Source: Takakia lepidozioides (taxonomy: Eukaryota > Plantae > Bryophyta). From it: DNA of 64,000 nucleotides. Position numbers and translations under genes: made by a program. The notes below the pieces were generated by a model, which saw only the letters and a list, made by a program, of their open reading frames with translations, did not search any database and was not told the DNA's origin. The stretch is taken from contig CM060733.1 in assembly GCA_030704615.1 (NCBI GenBank), forward strand, positions 42,594,001 to 42,658,000. The letters run 5' to 3'. Shown here in pieces: positions 50,235-61,892 of the stretch (its first letter is position 1; each line of letters begins with the position of its first letter).

Positions 50235-53200
50235 GTGAGGAAGCAAAAGGAGCCCATGGCTTCGTCTGTAAAACCACTTGGGAGATTGGAAGCCGAGATA
50301 TTGGGTTTACCGGCAATTTCAGAAGACACGGATGCGATGGAGGCCACTGGAGATGTCGGACTTGGATCTGCAGAAGGGCGGCCCATTGAGCTGACAGAAG
50401 CTGAGGACGACAACGTGGTGCGACTTGACGACTTCCCAGGAGATCAGAACCTGGTGGAGCTTGCTGAGGAGCAAAACCTCCAGGACAGCAGATAGGCTGG
50501 TGAGAGAGGTGAGAGAAGTCAGAAACTGGTGGCGGATATGCTCATGAGTGCACGGACATGAACATAGCAGCAAACGGGTTGCTGGCAGAGACTCATAGCA
50601 ACATAGGCCGCGTTTTGGGCTCCATGGTATATCCCGAGAATCTGAAAGTTCCTTTGTGTCGCATGGATAGCCTTCCAGTAGTAAGGCAAGCACTGCCAGG
50701 GGACATCGACCAACTGAAGCATAACTTCAGAGAGGGGTACAAATGGGGATCGGCAGCATTCTACGTCTCCATTGAGAATGACCAGGTTGTCATAAGGGGC
50801 CCCACTGCAGAGGAGCTTCAGAATTGGAGCCCCCACTGGCACACTATAAATGCTGAGTTTGAAGCCTCTCTGAAGACTAATCCCACATTCACACACATGG
50901 CAGGGAAGATGTTCTTCGTCTGGGACAGGAACCACATGATGCTTGCTTGGACAGAGTACATAGCTGAAATGCATCCGCAAGATATCGACTGGCATTGCAT
51001 TGTCGTGAAGGTGGACGTGAGGGACAGAGGACTGCTGAAGGGTGCCATGACAGATATAAATCTGTAAGTACAATACTATATCCTTGTGTAGTGCCTATTG
51101 CGGCGCCGAAATAGGCAATGTTCTTGACTATCACCCACTGTATGAACTGGAAATTGGATTGTTGTGCTAAAATCTGGTTATTTTGGTATAATAGTTTCAT
51201 GTTGTTTCTTTTTTTTTCTCCGTGGCAAGGTAACAGTGAGGGCCTTCGTGGAAACTGACCTGGGACATACGGTCTACAGAGTGCAAGAAGTGGGCATAGC
51301 ACCGCTGACGGATTTCCAAAAATCCCTCAATCCCGATCTGTACAGGAAGTCCCTTGAGAAAATGGATCGCACTTGGTACCGACCAATCCTCTATTCGGTG
51401 AGGTTCATCTCAAATTTCCCGATTTAATGCTATTTGTTGCAGGGATCAGTGGCCTGACTGTATCCGCTGGGTATGGGAATGCAGACGAACATTAGGGATG
51501 ACTTGGCCTATGCCAAAATGTTGTTATTTGAGAGTGATGCCCCCACGAAGGCGGACGCGTCGATAGAGAGTCACATTGTGCAGGCAGGGAGGCAATCACG
51601 GACTAAGTACAGGTCAAAACTTGTGAAGCAAGTTGCAATCGCTGACCCTGGCCTTGGAGCCAAGTTCCTGGCAAAGATAGGACTGCATTACTCCAGACCC
51701 ATGAAACCGGAAATGTCCATGGAGAAACTTCATCATATCGCAGTGTCATGTGTTGAGCCGGCGGAGAAGGTTAGCATGTATTTGTTCTTGTTTTGTGTCT
51801 TCTCGCGATTCGCATGATGAGGTTCTAGTATCTAACCAATGTTAGGACATGCAGACAAAGTGGCTACAAATCTGGAACGGCCATACAAATACGAAGCTGC
51901 TGTACCACTTTCCCGTCGAGCCAACTGACGACAAAATAAATGACTGGCTAAATGTGATGATTTGGTGGCATCAGGTATAATGTCCTCCTCTTTTGTGTGT
52001 TGGACATCATTGCAATTTCAAATTCATGAATGTTTTGGAGACCTGCAATGCTGCAGGTACTGACCCACGCCCAGGAGCAATTGGATTGCAACACCACCAT
52101 TTTCAAGTTGCAGATCGATTGGACGAAACCGGAGACAATGGAGAACTACGTGCAGTCCTGGCGGGGGCGCTTCGCAAACCTCTTTTTCAGAGAAATTGCA
52201 AAGGCAAGACGCAGGAGGGTGCCGACAAAGCGGCAATGCAAGTCCTGTTCAGGTAATCTGCTGCCAATGCATCCCTCTCTTTGCAGTTTTGAGAATTTAG
52301 CCAAGCAGCGGTGGGTATTGCGAGGCCAAAATATCCCTCTGAAAGACGTGAATGCTGGGTAATTGGGTCACGCTCCATTGCGTATTACAGTGCCAAAATA
52401 CCTTCTGCATTCAGAACTTCCTCCTGCATGATGCATCAGTAGCATGATTTTTATTGAATTGGCTCGTGATTACAGGTACATAAATTTTGCTCTCATTCCA
52501 TCCAGACCCATTCAAAGGGTTCCACCATTCTTTCTGGCGTGGAGGACACCTGGAGGACGTGGTACGATGTACACAGAAGTCATGGCGAAAGAGTGGCATG
52601 CCGAGCATTTGGTAGACTATCCTTGGTATGTGGATCTCCCAAGTAGGACCGTTGACTTCTTGGAGGTTAATTTGAAGAAGGAAGCGAATGCCCGGGCTAT
52701 GAAGGCGCATATGGATCCCCAACCAAAGGACGCAACAAAACTGAAAGCAGAGGAGGCAGCAAAGCAGAAAGCACTGAGAAAGTCGGCCAAGGCGGCAGCG
52801 TTGGCGTCGGACAAAGGAGCAGATGGAGAAACAGGCAGCTGAGCAGCCCAAGGACAAAAAGAAAATAACGCGCAAACAGGGGCAAGAGACGAAGAGCCCC
52901 ACACCCAAGAAGAAGAAGAAGCAATATAGTTAGCCAGATGACGAGGATTCCGACGATGATTTCCAGCAGGAGAACACCCAAGGGGCCACACCTCGTCCAA
53001 AAATTCACAAGGGCCAGCGCTCCGGGGGTTCAGCTGCGAAGAGAACACTATACATGGATGCACCTGGCAGACCCTACCGTGCGGTGCATATTGTGGGTAG
53101 GGAAGTCCTCAAAACACCCACAATTGTGGAGTGTGTTAATGAAAATTTCTTAACTGCTCTGACCACAAGGCTGGAGAAAACGAGATTAAGGAAGGCAATG

Positions 53201-53620
53201 GAGGCCCACCAGGGGAAAGGGAAGAAGAAGGCCACTGGCAATGAAATCGAGGACACTCCTGGCTACACAAAGGTGATGGAGTATTTTGTGGCGATGAGCC
53301 ACGGCAAAAAGAGCACAGTCGGGGGCAGGGCGGTGAAAGCCTCCATCGACATGATCCTTGTGGACATATCGGATGGGCAGGAGATACTGGGACTGGGCTC
53401 ACTACCATGGTGGAACAAGTACAACGAAAGATACTGGAGCCACACATTCGGGTTCGCAGCCAACATGTTGGACGACAACGGCTGTATTGTTGTGTTAGTA
53501 GCCGATGGAGAAGTCACTGAGAATGATATCAAAGTATGGATGGGGAGAAGTGCAGCACCCATCCTGAAGAAGATCTGGACTTGCATCAACACGCAGGATC
53601 TTATCAACGACGGTCACAAG
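50235..53620 (+). pseudogene. Another ParB-MTase-like gene copy (subfamily D), truncated at both ends
   Basis: ETHSNIGRVLGSMVYPENLKVPLCRM..FFVWDRNHMMLAW, IADPGLGA, PPFFLAWRTPG, PTIVECVNENFL and DMILVDISDG..YW..FGF..LDDNG, colinear with 31485-37580. Confidence 0.8.
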
Positions 53621-54330
53621 GTATGCTGCGGTTTTCTTCTGTTTTGCCAATTTCTGCGCCGAAATTGCCCATATACATACCAACGACGCAATGGCGTGAG
53701 CATTGCACGTGAGCGCGCGAGCGTACGCTCACGCAGGAGTGACGTGGCGTGAGCGTACGCTCACGCCAGCTGACGTGGCGTGAGCCTGCACACACGCTGA
53801 CGTGGCGTGAGCGTCATGTCAGCATGCTGATGTGGCGGTAAATGATGACGTGGCACTGTCCGTCAACTGCCACGTCAGCATTAACATGCGCCGCCTATAA
53901 CCGTGGATGGTCCTATGACCGTGGAATTAATGCAGGGAATCTTGCCTAAATAGAATCAAGACGAGCGTTGAGGCCTACAATTGCAGCATCCAACATTGTG
54001 CAATTACAAATGCTTGTTTCACTTTTACAATTACGAAGACGACAAAATATCCTCACAAAGTGTGCGCCATAAAGGCTGCCACGAGAAGACTTCCTCCCTC
54101 CTCAAATAACAATGAGAGTTATGATCATCTTCAAAAGATGATTGTAGTGCATAGCGACAGCAAGACATGTAGACTTCGAACGGTGCAATGACAAATGTGC
54201 ACTACCTAAAAGTTGTCACTCAGACCTCACTCCGTATAGTTGGAGGCCATATCATTGCACAGCCGACGAATTGATGTGAATTACACATTTCAAATCATGG
54301 TCATCCACATACCACATTACATAGTTCATG

Positions 54331-57300
54331 CTACCCATGTGTTGTATCCCGCTGCAAAAGAGCATCGACCTCGTTGAAACTCATAATGGCCTGGTGAATG
54401 AAGTTGTCACGTTTGGGATCGCAAACCATCCTCCTCAAAAATATGAAATACAAATGTTTGCAGGGTATGAATTTACCTCTCTTGCCCAAACTGGTTGATA
54501 GCATATTCACAAAATCAGGACATGTGCAATTGGGGAAATTGGAAACCGTGATGTCGTAGGTCCTGTCATGAACAGCAGATGTGGAAGTGATGATTGTGAA
54601 TACCCGACCATATCCTGGATCGGGTACTTCCGTGGTGCTTCCAACACGAGCTTGGAGCATTCTTGCGGACTCCACTTTGCCAAAGTATTCAGCGGTTGGA
54701 GGGAAACGCCGAACGAGCTTTCCATCTCGTTTGGTTGGCCACAAGTCAGGATTTGCAGGGGGGACCCGGGAGGACGCAGAAGTAGTAGCACATGCATGGA
54801 GTTGGGGTTGTCTCGCAAGGGAAAAACCTGCCTCCTCCAGCATTTCAATCTCCTGAAAGCTGAGATGTGTTCCCACCTTCACGGGCCAAACGGTTGGAGG
54901 AGATGGCTTCATCACTACGGAAGGACGCACAGTTCCATGCACACATCTGGCACAATCATCTGCGTAGAACCAGAACTTGTGGTTCTTGGCTTCTGGTTGA
55001 CCGTATGGACGCATCAAGCCCGTGAAAGTCGGAGCAGGAGTTCGGGCACCACCTCTGGATATAGATGAAGTGCACTTCTCGAAATTAGTTGCCCTGATCG
55101 CTGTACATTTCACACGAGACCCGACACTTGTGCGTTCTATGTGCCAAACGTGGTCGGGGCATGCGGACTCAAGCACATCAAGGGGGTTGTTTCTCTCCTG
55201 CACCATTTCAGTGGCACGGTTTGATGCTGGAGCTTGCCGTCGTGTTGGAGGTTCCTCCACAATGGAGGTTCCGGACATGGAGCTGTCATGCAGGGCAACA
55301 CGAGGCTTCGAGAAGTTATCACGGTCTGCCCTGTGGGAATCTGAATCCGAACCAGGTGGAGTGTTCAATTTCCTCTTACAGGAGCCGAATCTCTCCTCCC
55401 CTTCAAGATGTGGAACTCTAGAAACAAGTGGCGTTCCCTGGGCATACATGCTCACCGCCCGTGCTATCTTGATTGGATCCCCAGATCTGTTTGCAGCACG
55501 CAACATCAACTCCCATTTGTCCGGACCCTTGCCACCAACCCCACCTCGTAAGAAATCACGGTATCGGGTTTGTTGTTGCAAGGCACGTATCAAATCATCT
55601 GTTGTTGCCACATACAAATCCCGACCTCGTTTCCCAGACTGCTGCAACCATGCATTGTGCACAGTTTCTGCCAAATTGCAAGATGGTATGTCCGCCATTT
55701 CCTCAATGGACATGTTCTGCAAAGAGGATAACCACACTTCAGAATAGTGCACAGGAAACAACATAAAGAAAGCAATGAGTCAAAAATATGGAAAGCAAAT
55801 GTATGAATAAAGCATGAAATAGAAGCCTCGTACCATTGTCATGGCTGCTCCCCACTGTCTATACCGGAAGTGCCAAAACGCCAGCCAATCTTCCAATGCT
55901 CTCATACTCTCAAGTGATGCAGCTCCAGAAGAGAACCACCAGGCACGAATTGTCTGGAACAAAGTGTCCGCCTCCTTCATTGTTCTAGCATCTTTGTACT
56001 CTTTGCACAAATTTACAGTGCTGAGTCTGCATCTCTGGTTTGATGTCCGACTTTGTATGTTTTTCCAGAGATTGTGTCCAATGGAATAGACATGTACGCT
56101 CTCTTCCTGGCATAGGCACTTTTGGGTCGCCCGATCCGAAGACAATACGAACAGCATTGAAATTTGCTTGAGCACTATCCGCCATGAAACCTGCGAAATT
56201 TGGAGATGGCAGCCCATGGCAGCCCATGACACGTATCAGGGAATTCCACATGAGCTTCTGGGATTCCGTATCCTCGGATTGCATGTCACAAACTGCAATT
56301 GTCATAACTCGTTGGTACACTGGATCGTAGACATGACAAGCCATTGTCGTCCAATCCTTCACTTGTTTCACATGATCAAACATAAGAAAACATTTCTGCA
56401 AGTCCCCAGTCTTCTGCATCCGCTTCACGAGGCTAACCCCACTGCCCTCCCCAACAGTCGACATTTTGAAAAGAAAAACTTTGATGGCACCTTGACCTGG
56501 GAATACATTGTCTTGGATGTAATCGTACTTGCTCACTCGTTTCAATTCCAAAATATTGTCTATGTAGCCTCTGATCCCAGAGCCCATTCTCAATGCATTG
56601 ATCTGATGCCGAATGTTAGGTGAACTTAAAGTGGAGAAATGATCCATGACCAGGTCCAATGCTGCACCGTCAAGTTTAGTCCCCACAGAATCTCCTTCAC
56701 TCAAAATATGGCTTTCCAAGAAGGACTTGCTTGCGCCAAGAGCAATTGCAGATGTTGTTGCGGATGGGTTTCTCCCGAACTCCTGTTTGATCAACCTCGA
56801 TACTGTCTCAACACTCTCCCTGTAATCCCCCTTCGAGACAGGATGGTTATGGAATCCAAAATGCACACAAGCTCTTGTCATTGTATTCAAACGGTGGACA
56901 ACATAGTACATTCTTGCTCCGCAGAGCGCCAAGCAGGATGGCACAAGTTTGCAGAATTTGCAGACGAAAGTGTTTGCCGGTGGAGGGGCAGTCCCAGGCT
57001 GAAATGGATTTTCCGCTAGACCCTCCCATTTGCTTTGATTATGAACCCCAGACTGAAGAAAGTGTCTGCAATTCAAATTATCACACCTAAGGTGTCCATT
57101 GCAAACTGTCCTCCTGAAAACAAGCTTGTCATCATTCTGAATATTGGATGTTTTTGTTCTGCACCACGGGTGCCCGTCGTGTTTCTTGTCCATTCCATGC
57201 ATCATGATTGTTACACCTCCAACTCGCGGAGGAGGAGGCAGCTCGAATAGGATATCGCCATCAAAAGTCTCCGGCAAGAACTTCACAGGCACCTGCTTCA

Positions 57301-57847
57301 AAGATTCCCAATCAATTCCCCGCAACTCACTTTTGAATCCAGCCATTCCTCCCATCGCCCGCAATTTTGGAATGACACTACAAATCTCTTCTTCATCAGC
57401 TTCTGCAACCATAGTAGGAAGGACTGGATTTGGAATTTCACTTATGTCATCATCGGAAGAATCCGAAAGCTCAACGATTGGAGTGGAGGAAGTCTGTTCT
57501 TTTTTCACCACCACCTCCCTCTTGTCTTCAACGACCGAAGCAGCAGTCCCGGGCGTCACATATGACCCAAGGGACTTTCGCCGAGGCTCTCCAAGTACTC
57601 TGTATCGACCAGGACGCACTCTCCACTGGCTGATATGAGCCGTCTCATCACGGTTTTGGAAAGAATATTTCACCAACTTCCCTTTCAGATCGTAAACCTC
57701 TTTCTCCAAAAAGATGGAGCCATTCTGCAGCTGAAAACGGGTAGCCAAGACATGTTCCAGAACAATTGCAAATCCATTGTCAAGGACTTCCTGGGAGAAC
57801 GGCACTGGTTTGTCGTCTGAGAAGAACTCCGCTTCAGAGGAAGCCAT
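54331..57847 (-). pseudogene. Diverged MULE-type transposase (subfamily C), one frameshift near 56010
   Basis: DKKHDGHPWC..HFGFHNHP, LMFDHVK, FMADSAQAN, CLFHW, CNLAETVH and SWIM CTCPDF..CKHLY. GT-AG intron 55717-55833 at the same position as in element A. Confidence 0.88.
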
Positions 57848-58700
57848 CTTCCTTCCTCGAGTATGTTTGTACCTTGCTATCGCAGATCTAGTGTAAATCG
57901 GTTTACTGCTGTCTCCAGAACACAGTTGAAGAATGAGCAGAGAATATGGTGGAGGAAGCTCAGATAACGACTGTGCATATTCTATTATTCATTCCAGATA
58001 TGCAGCCGTCCATTTTAATTACTTTTCTTGTGGGCCCAGTGGTCAGAGTATCCCTAGGGGCAGTGTCGGCAACTGTTAAACCGTTAATCAGAACCTCATC
58101 AATAAACCCAATAACAAAGCCGACTTCCTGGAAGCATGCCACAGGATCTGAGAATGGGATTGCAGATTAAGTAAATGTATCTATATACTACTACCAATGA
58201 TCATGCGCACCTGGAAAGTTCCAAATGTGAAACGAATGTGGGGTTTGGCTAACAAGGATGACCGTGTATGATATTCCAAAATTTGTCATCAAACTCTCGT
58301 TCATTTATATTTATTTGTTAAAGACTGCGCATCAATTTCTGGGATTCGCTGTTCTTTTTAAATATTGAACCCGTTATAATAAAGAACACGCCGTTTTTTT
58401 TGGGCGGCACACGTCAGACATCCATAACTGAATACGAACAGCTGTACACCAATTGCTGGCATGTGCACTAATAAGGAAACGACTATGTGTAACGGTCATG
58501 CGGGAGGGAATCCGATGCTTCTAGAGACACGCAAGAACGCAGGCAATCCCGCAAGAAATCGGGAGTCACTGCGTTTTTCTACTTTTCGCGCTTAGAGGGA
58601 GAGTGGTAGTCAAGCTGGAGAGGGTTCCTTCTAGAATACGAAAGAGAAGAAAGTCTCTTTATTTTACTTCACTTAGAGAGAGACGCAGAGCAAGAGAGAA

Positions 58701-60005
58701 AATGACGAGGCGTCGTTTGTTGGAGAACACAGGGCCAAGGCAGCAGGTGAACGCGGAGACTGGTTCACAAGAGCAGACGGAGACTGAGGCAGCGGCTGCG
58801 ACACAGTCGGCGATAAGAGTGCGCCGGCCTGTGGAGGCAGAGATGATTCGCATGGACACTGAAGAAGGTGGAAGCACGCGGAACGCCAAACCTGGAGAAG
58901 GTCAAGAAACCCTTGCGCAGACAGAAACTCCAACAGATGTGAGAGGGAAGAGGAAAGCTGCAGAAGGGGATCAAATTTCAAAACCTAAGAAGGTGCCAGT
59001 AAGTTTTATCATATAGTCTGTCTGATTGCCTTTCAAGGAGTCCTTCCTCTTCCATTCTTTAGCAGGAACTACTGAATCGCGAGCGTCGTTAACGCCATTC
59101 GATTCTCCTCATGAGATTTATGTACCTATGTGTTTGAAGAGAGAGTCTGCACTTACTATTCTCCCTAAACTACACTGAATGTCGTTGCCGCCAATCAGTT
59201 GCACATGTATGTCATTACACAACACCGATCCGGCAGGTCGTTATCTTTTGTGATTGTCGTTAACGCCGTTCGCTATCGCTCTCGCTTTTGTTTTGAATAC
59301 GGCAGTCTCGGCTTTGCATGTGTAGATTGTGCTGAATTCTTTCACACCATTCATGGTGAGTTTCCTTGATACAGAGTGATGGTCGTTACCGCCATTCACT
59401 ATTTGCAAATCACTCAGTCAGAACTGAATGGCATCGTGCAGAAAACTGTGAGGTCGAAGCCTACAGGATCAGAGGGGAAAGGATCTGGAGATGGGGACGA
59501 GTCCGCAAAAAGCTCAGAGAATACAGATGAAGCAGATGAATCCAAAGTGCACTACCTTGACAAGGTGAAAGAACTCATGTCATTCCAGAAGGTAAACTCT
59601 CAGGAGGTTATAAGGGACATGCTCGTATCTGGAGGGCGTCTGGACATACCTCTGTGCCGGATGATATCAATGCCTGTTGTGCGTCCACCTCTTTCCCATG
59701 ACATAACAAAATTGGAGAGTGATTTTGTGCATGGATATAGACTTGGTGCACAAGTTTTTTATGTGTCACTGACGGATATAAATGGGAAAAGCACATTAGT
59801 GTCTCCAGAGATCAGTGATAACTGGGATGAGTGCTGGAAAGATGCCAATGAGGAGTTCGAGCTGGGCCTCATGATGGGAAAGAACACCCAGCAATTCTGC
59901 AACCACATGTTCTACGTCTGGGACGGCAACCACCGATTGCTGGCATGGATGGGATACATTCAGAAACACCATTCGAAAGACAAAGACAAGCATGTTGCTG
60001 TGGAG
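58701..60005 (+). pseudogene. 5' (ParB-like) part of the subfamily C ParB-MTase gene, divergent from the transposase
   Basis: LDIPLCRMISM..FYVSL..MFYVWDGNHRLLAWMGYI, truncated at HVAVE by copia sequence. An intron at ~59000-59440 carries GTCGTTAACGCCATTC-type palindromes. Confidence 0.8.
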
Positions 60006-61010
60006 GCAACAACAAATGGTGGGCAGATGCTGTGCAAACGGCCAACTATGTATTAAACATGGTACCTATAAGTGTTGTGCCAAGAAGGACACCGGAGGAA
60101 GTGTGGACTGGCCAGAAGCCCTCAGCGAAGTATTTACGTGTTTTTGGTTGTGAAGCTTTTGTTCATATCCCTAAGGAGAATACGAAGAAGCTTGATGATA
60201 AAAGCACAAAGTGTATTTTTGTGGGTTATTCGAAAGCCAGTAAATCCTATCGGTTGTTTGATCTAGCTAACAAAGTCTTGTTAGTTAGTCGTGATGTGGT
60301 TTTCAATGAAGCATGGAAACCAAAGACACTTCGAGGTGGTGAGCCTGAGAAGGGATCAAATGTGGATCTAGGTTTGGACATGGACAAAGATTGTGATTCT
60401 GGCTCTAATGAGGAAATAGAGACATCACAGCCAAGTAATATTCCAGCAAATGTTCAAGTGGCTCAACCTCAACTACGAGCACCTAGGGTTCAACTTGATA
60501 TCCAAGTTCGCAGGTCCATGAGAGAGAGAAGACCCAGTCAAAGACTCATAGAATCTCTTGATTTGTTACAAACAATGCTTGTTGAAAATGAAGAGCCAGT
60601 GTCATTTAAGGAAGCTCTCAGTTGTAGAGAGGCGTTAAGATGGCAAAAGGCTATGAATGAAGAGTTTGCATCCTTACTAAAGAATGGTACTTGAAAGCTA
60701 ACTAAACTTCCACAAGGGAGAAAGACTGTTGGATGTAAGTGGATCTATAAACTCAAACTTAAAGCAGATGGATTGATCAGTGAAAAGGTATAAAGCCAGA
60801 CTAGTTGCAAGAGGTTTTTCTCAGAGAGAAAAAGTGGATTATAATGAGACATTTTCACCTGTTGCAAAGATATCTTCTATCAGGACTATTTTGGCTATTG
60901 CCGCACTATCAAATCTGGAGGTCCATCAAATGGACGTGAAAACCGCCTTCTTAAATGGAGATTTGGAGGAGGAGGTTTATATGGAGCAGCCTCAAGGGTT
61001 TGTCAAGTTA
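60006..61010 (+). pseudogene. Ty1/copia pol fragment (integrase C-terminus/SH3, RT)
   Basis: WWADAVQTANY..TPEEVWTGQKPS..LRVFGC..KCIFVGYS and YKARLVARGFSQ..ETFSPVAK..HQMDVKTAFLNGDLEEEVYMEQPQGF. Confidence 0.95.
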
Positions 61011-61676
61011 AATAAGCATAGTGTGAAAACAACTAGAATAAAACTAGTTATTTATATTTAACACTTGGATTTAGGTCAAGTGTTAAATCAGGTATCAAGT
61101 TTAGTTTGACACCTGAACCGTCTTATCTTCACGAGAGCGGCAGTCGCGCAGCTCATCTCTCTCGAGTTGAGCCTGCGCGACCGAGCTCCTTCATGCGTTT
61201 AGATCTGAGTGTGCTTATGATGGGAGTGTAGGTTGTTGTGGGGTGGAGTCCCCATAGCTTGGGGTGCCCCTGGCTCGACTTCTATTTTTAAAGAGTGATA
61301 GCGATGGATTTCATATTTCTTGTGTTGAGAGTGTGTGTCTTTTTAGCTTGTTTATCACTCGAGAGAGATGAGCTCTTACCTGTGAGTGCAAGGTAGGAGT
61401 TGAGGGTTAGCACTTGTATGATTACCTGTGCGAAAGTAGTGCTTAGTTTGAGAAGCTTAAAAAAAAAAAAAAAAAAACCAAAAGAAACATGCAGGTTTCG
61501 ATCATCTCTGGTTTCTGTGTATATAGATGGTCCATGGAGGCAGGCTGCATGTCAAGCAGGGGCAAAGAACTGGTGTCTTTCCACTGGTAAGGATAGCGTT
61601 GGTTCTGGCATAAGGCCGCAGGGGCAGGACGGAGCTATACTACGGGGAAGCAGCCTTCGTTCTGGTCAGTAAGGGC

Positions 61677-61892
61677 ATGAACAGCTCACAGTGGGTGCGG
61701 CAAGCATTGGCGAAGCTAGAGCTGGCCAGACAAGTTCTTGATGTGAAATTGCTGAAGACCATAGGTATTGACAAGCAGCTGCTGCAGCTGATGGATGTGG
61801 CCATGCTTTGCACACACGAGGTGCCTGATAGACGCCCCTCCATGCAATACGTGCTAAAGGTGCTCATTGGAATCCAGCACCAGCAGCGGTAA
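61677..61892 (+). pseudogene. Receptor-like kinase (RLK/Pelle) C-terminal fragment
   Basis: WVRQ..QVLDVKL..QLLQLMDVAMLCTHEVPDRRPSMQYVLKVL matches kinase subdomain X-XI of plant RLKs. No upstream kinase exons are evident. Confidence 0.65.

Noticed and set aside
55022-55747. Long antisense ORFs over transposase and cargo genes (also 42020-42757, 36218-37012)
   Set aside because: Shadow frames of GC-rich coding sequence with no recognisable motifs.
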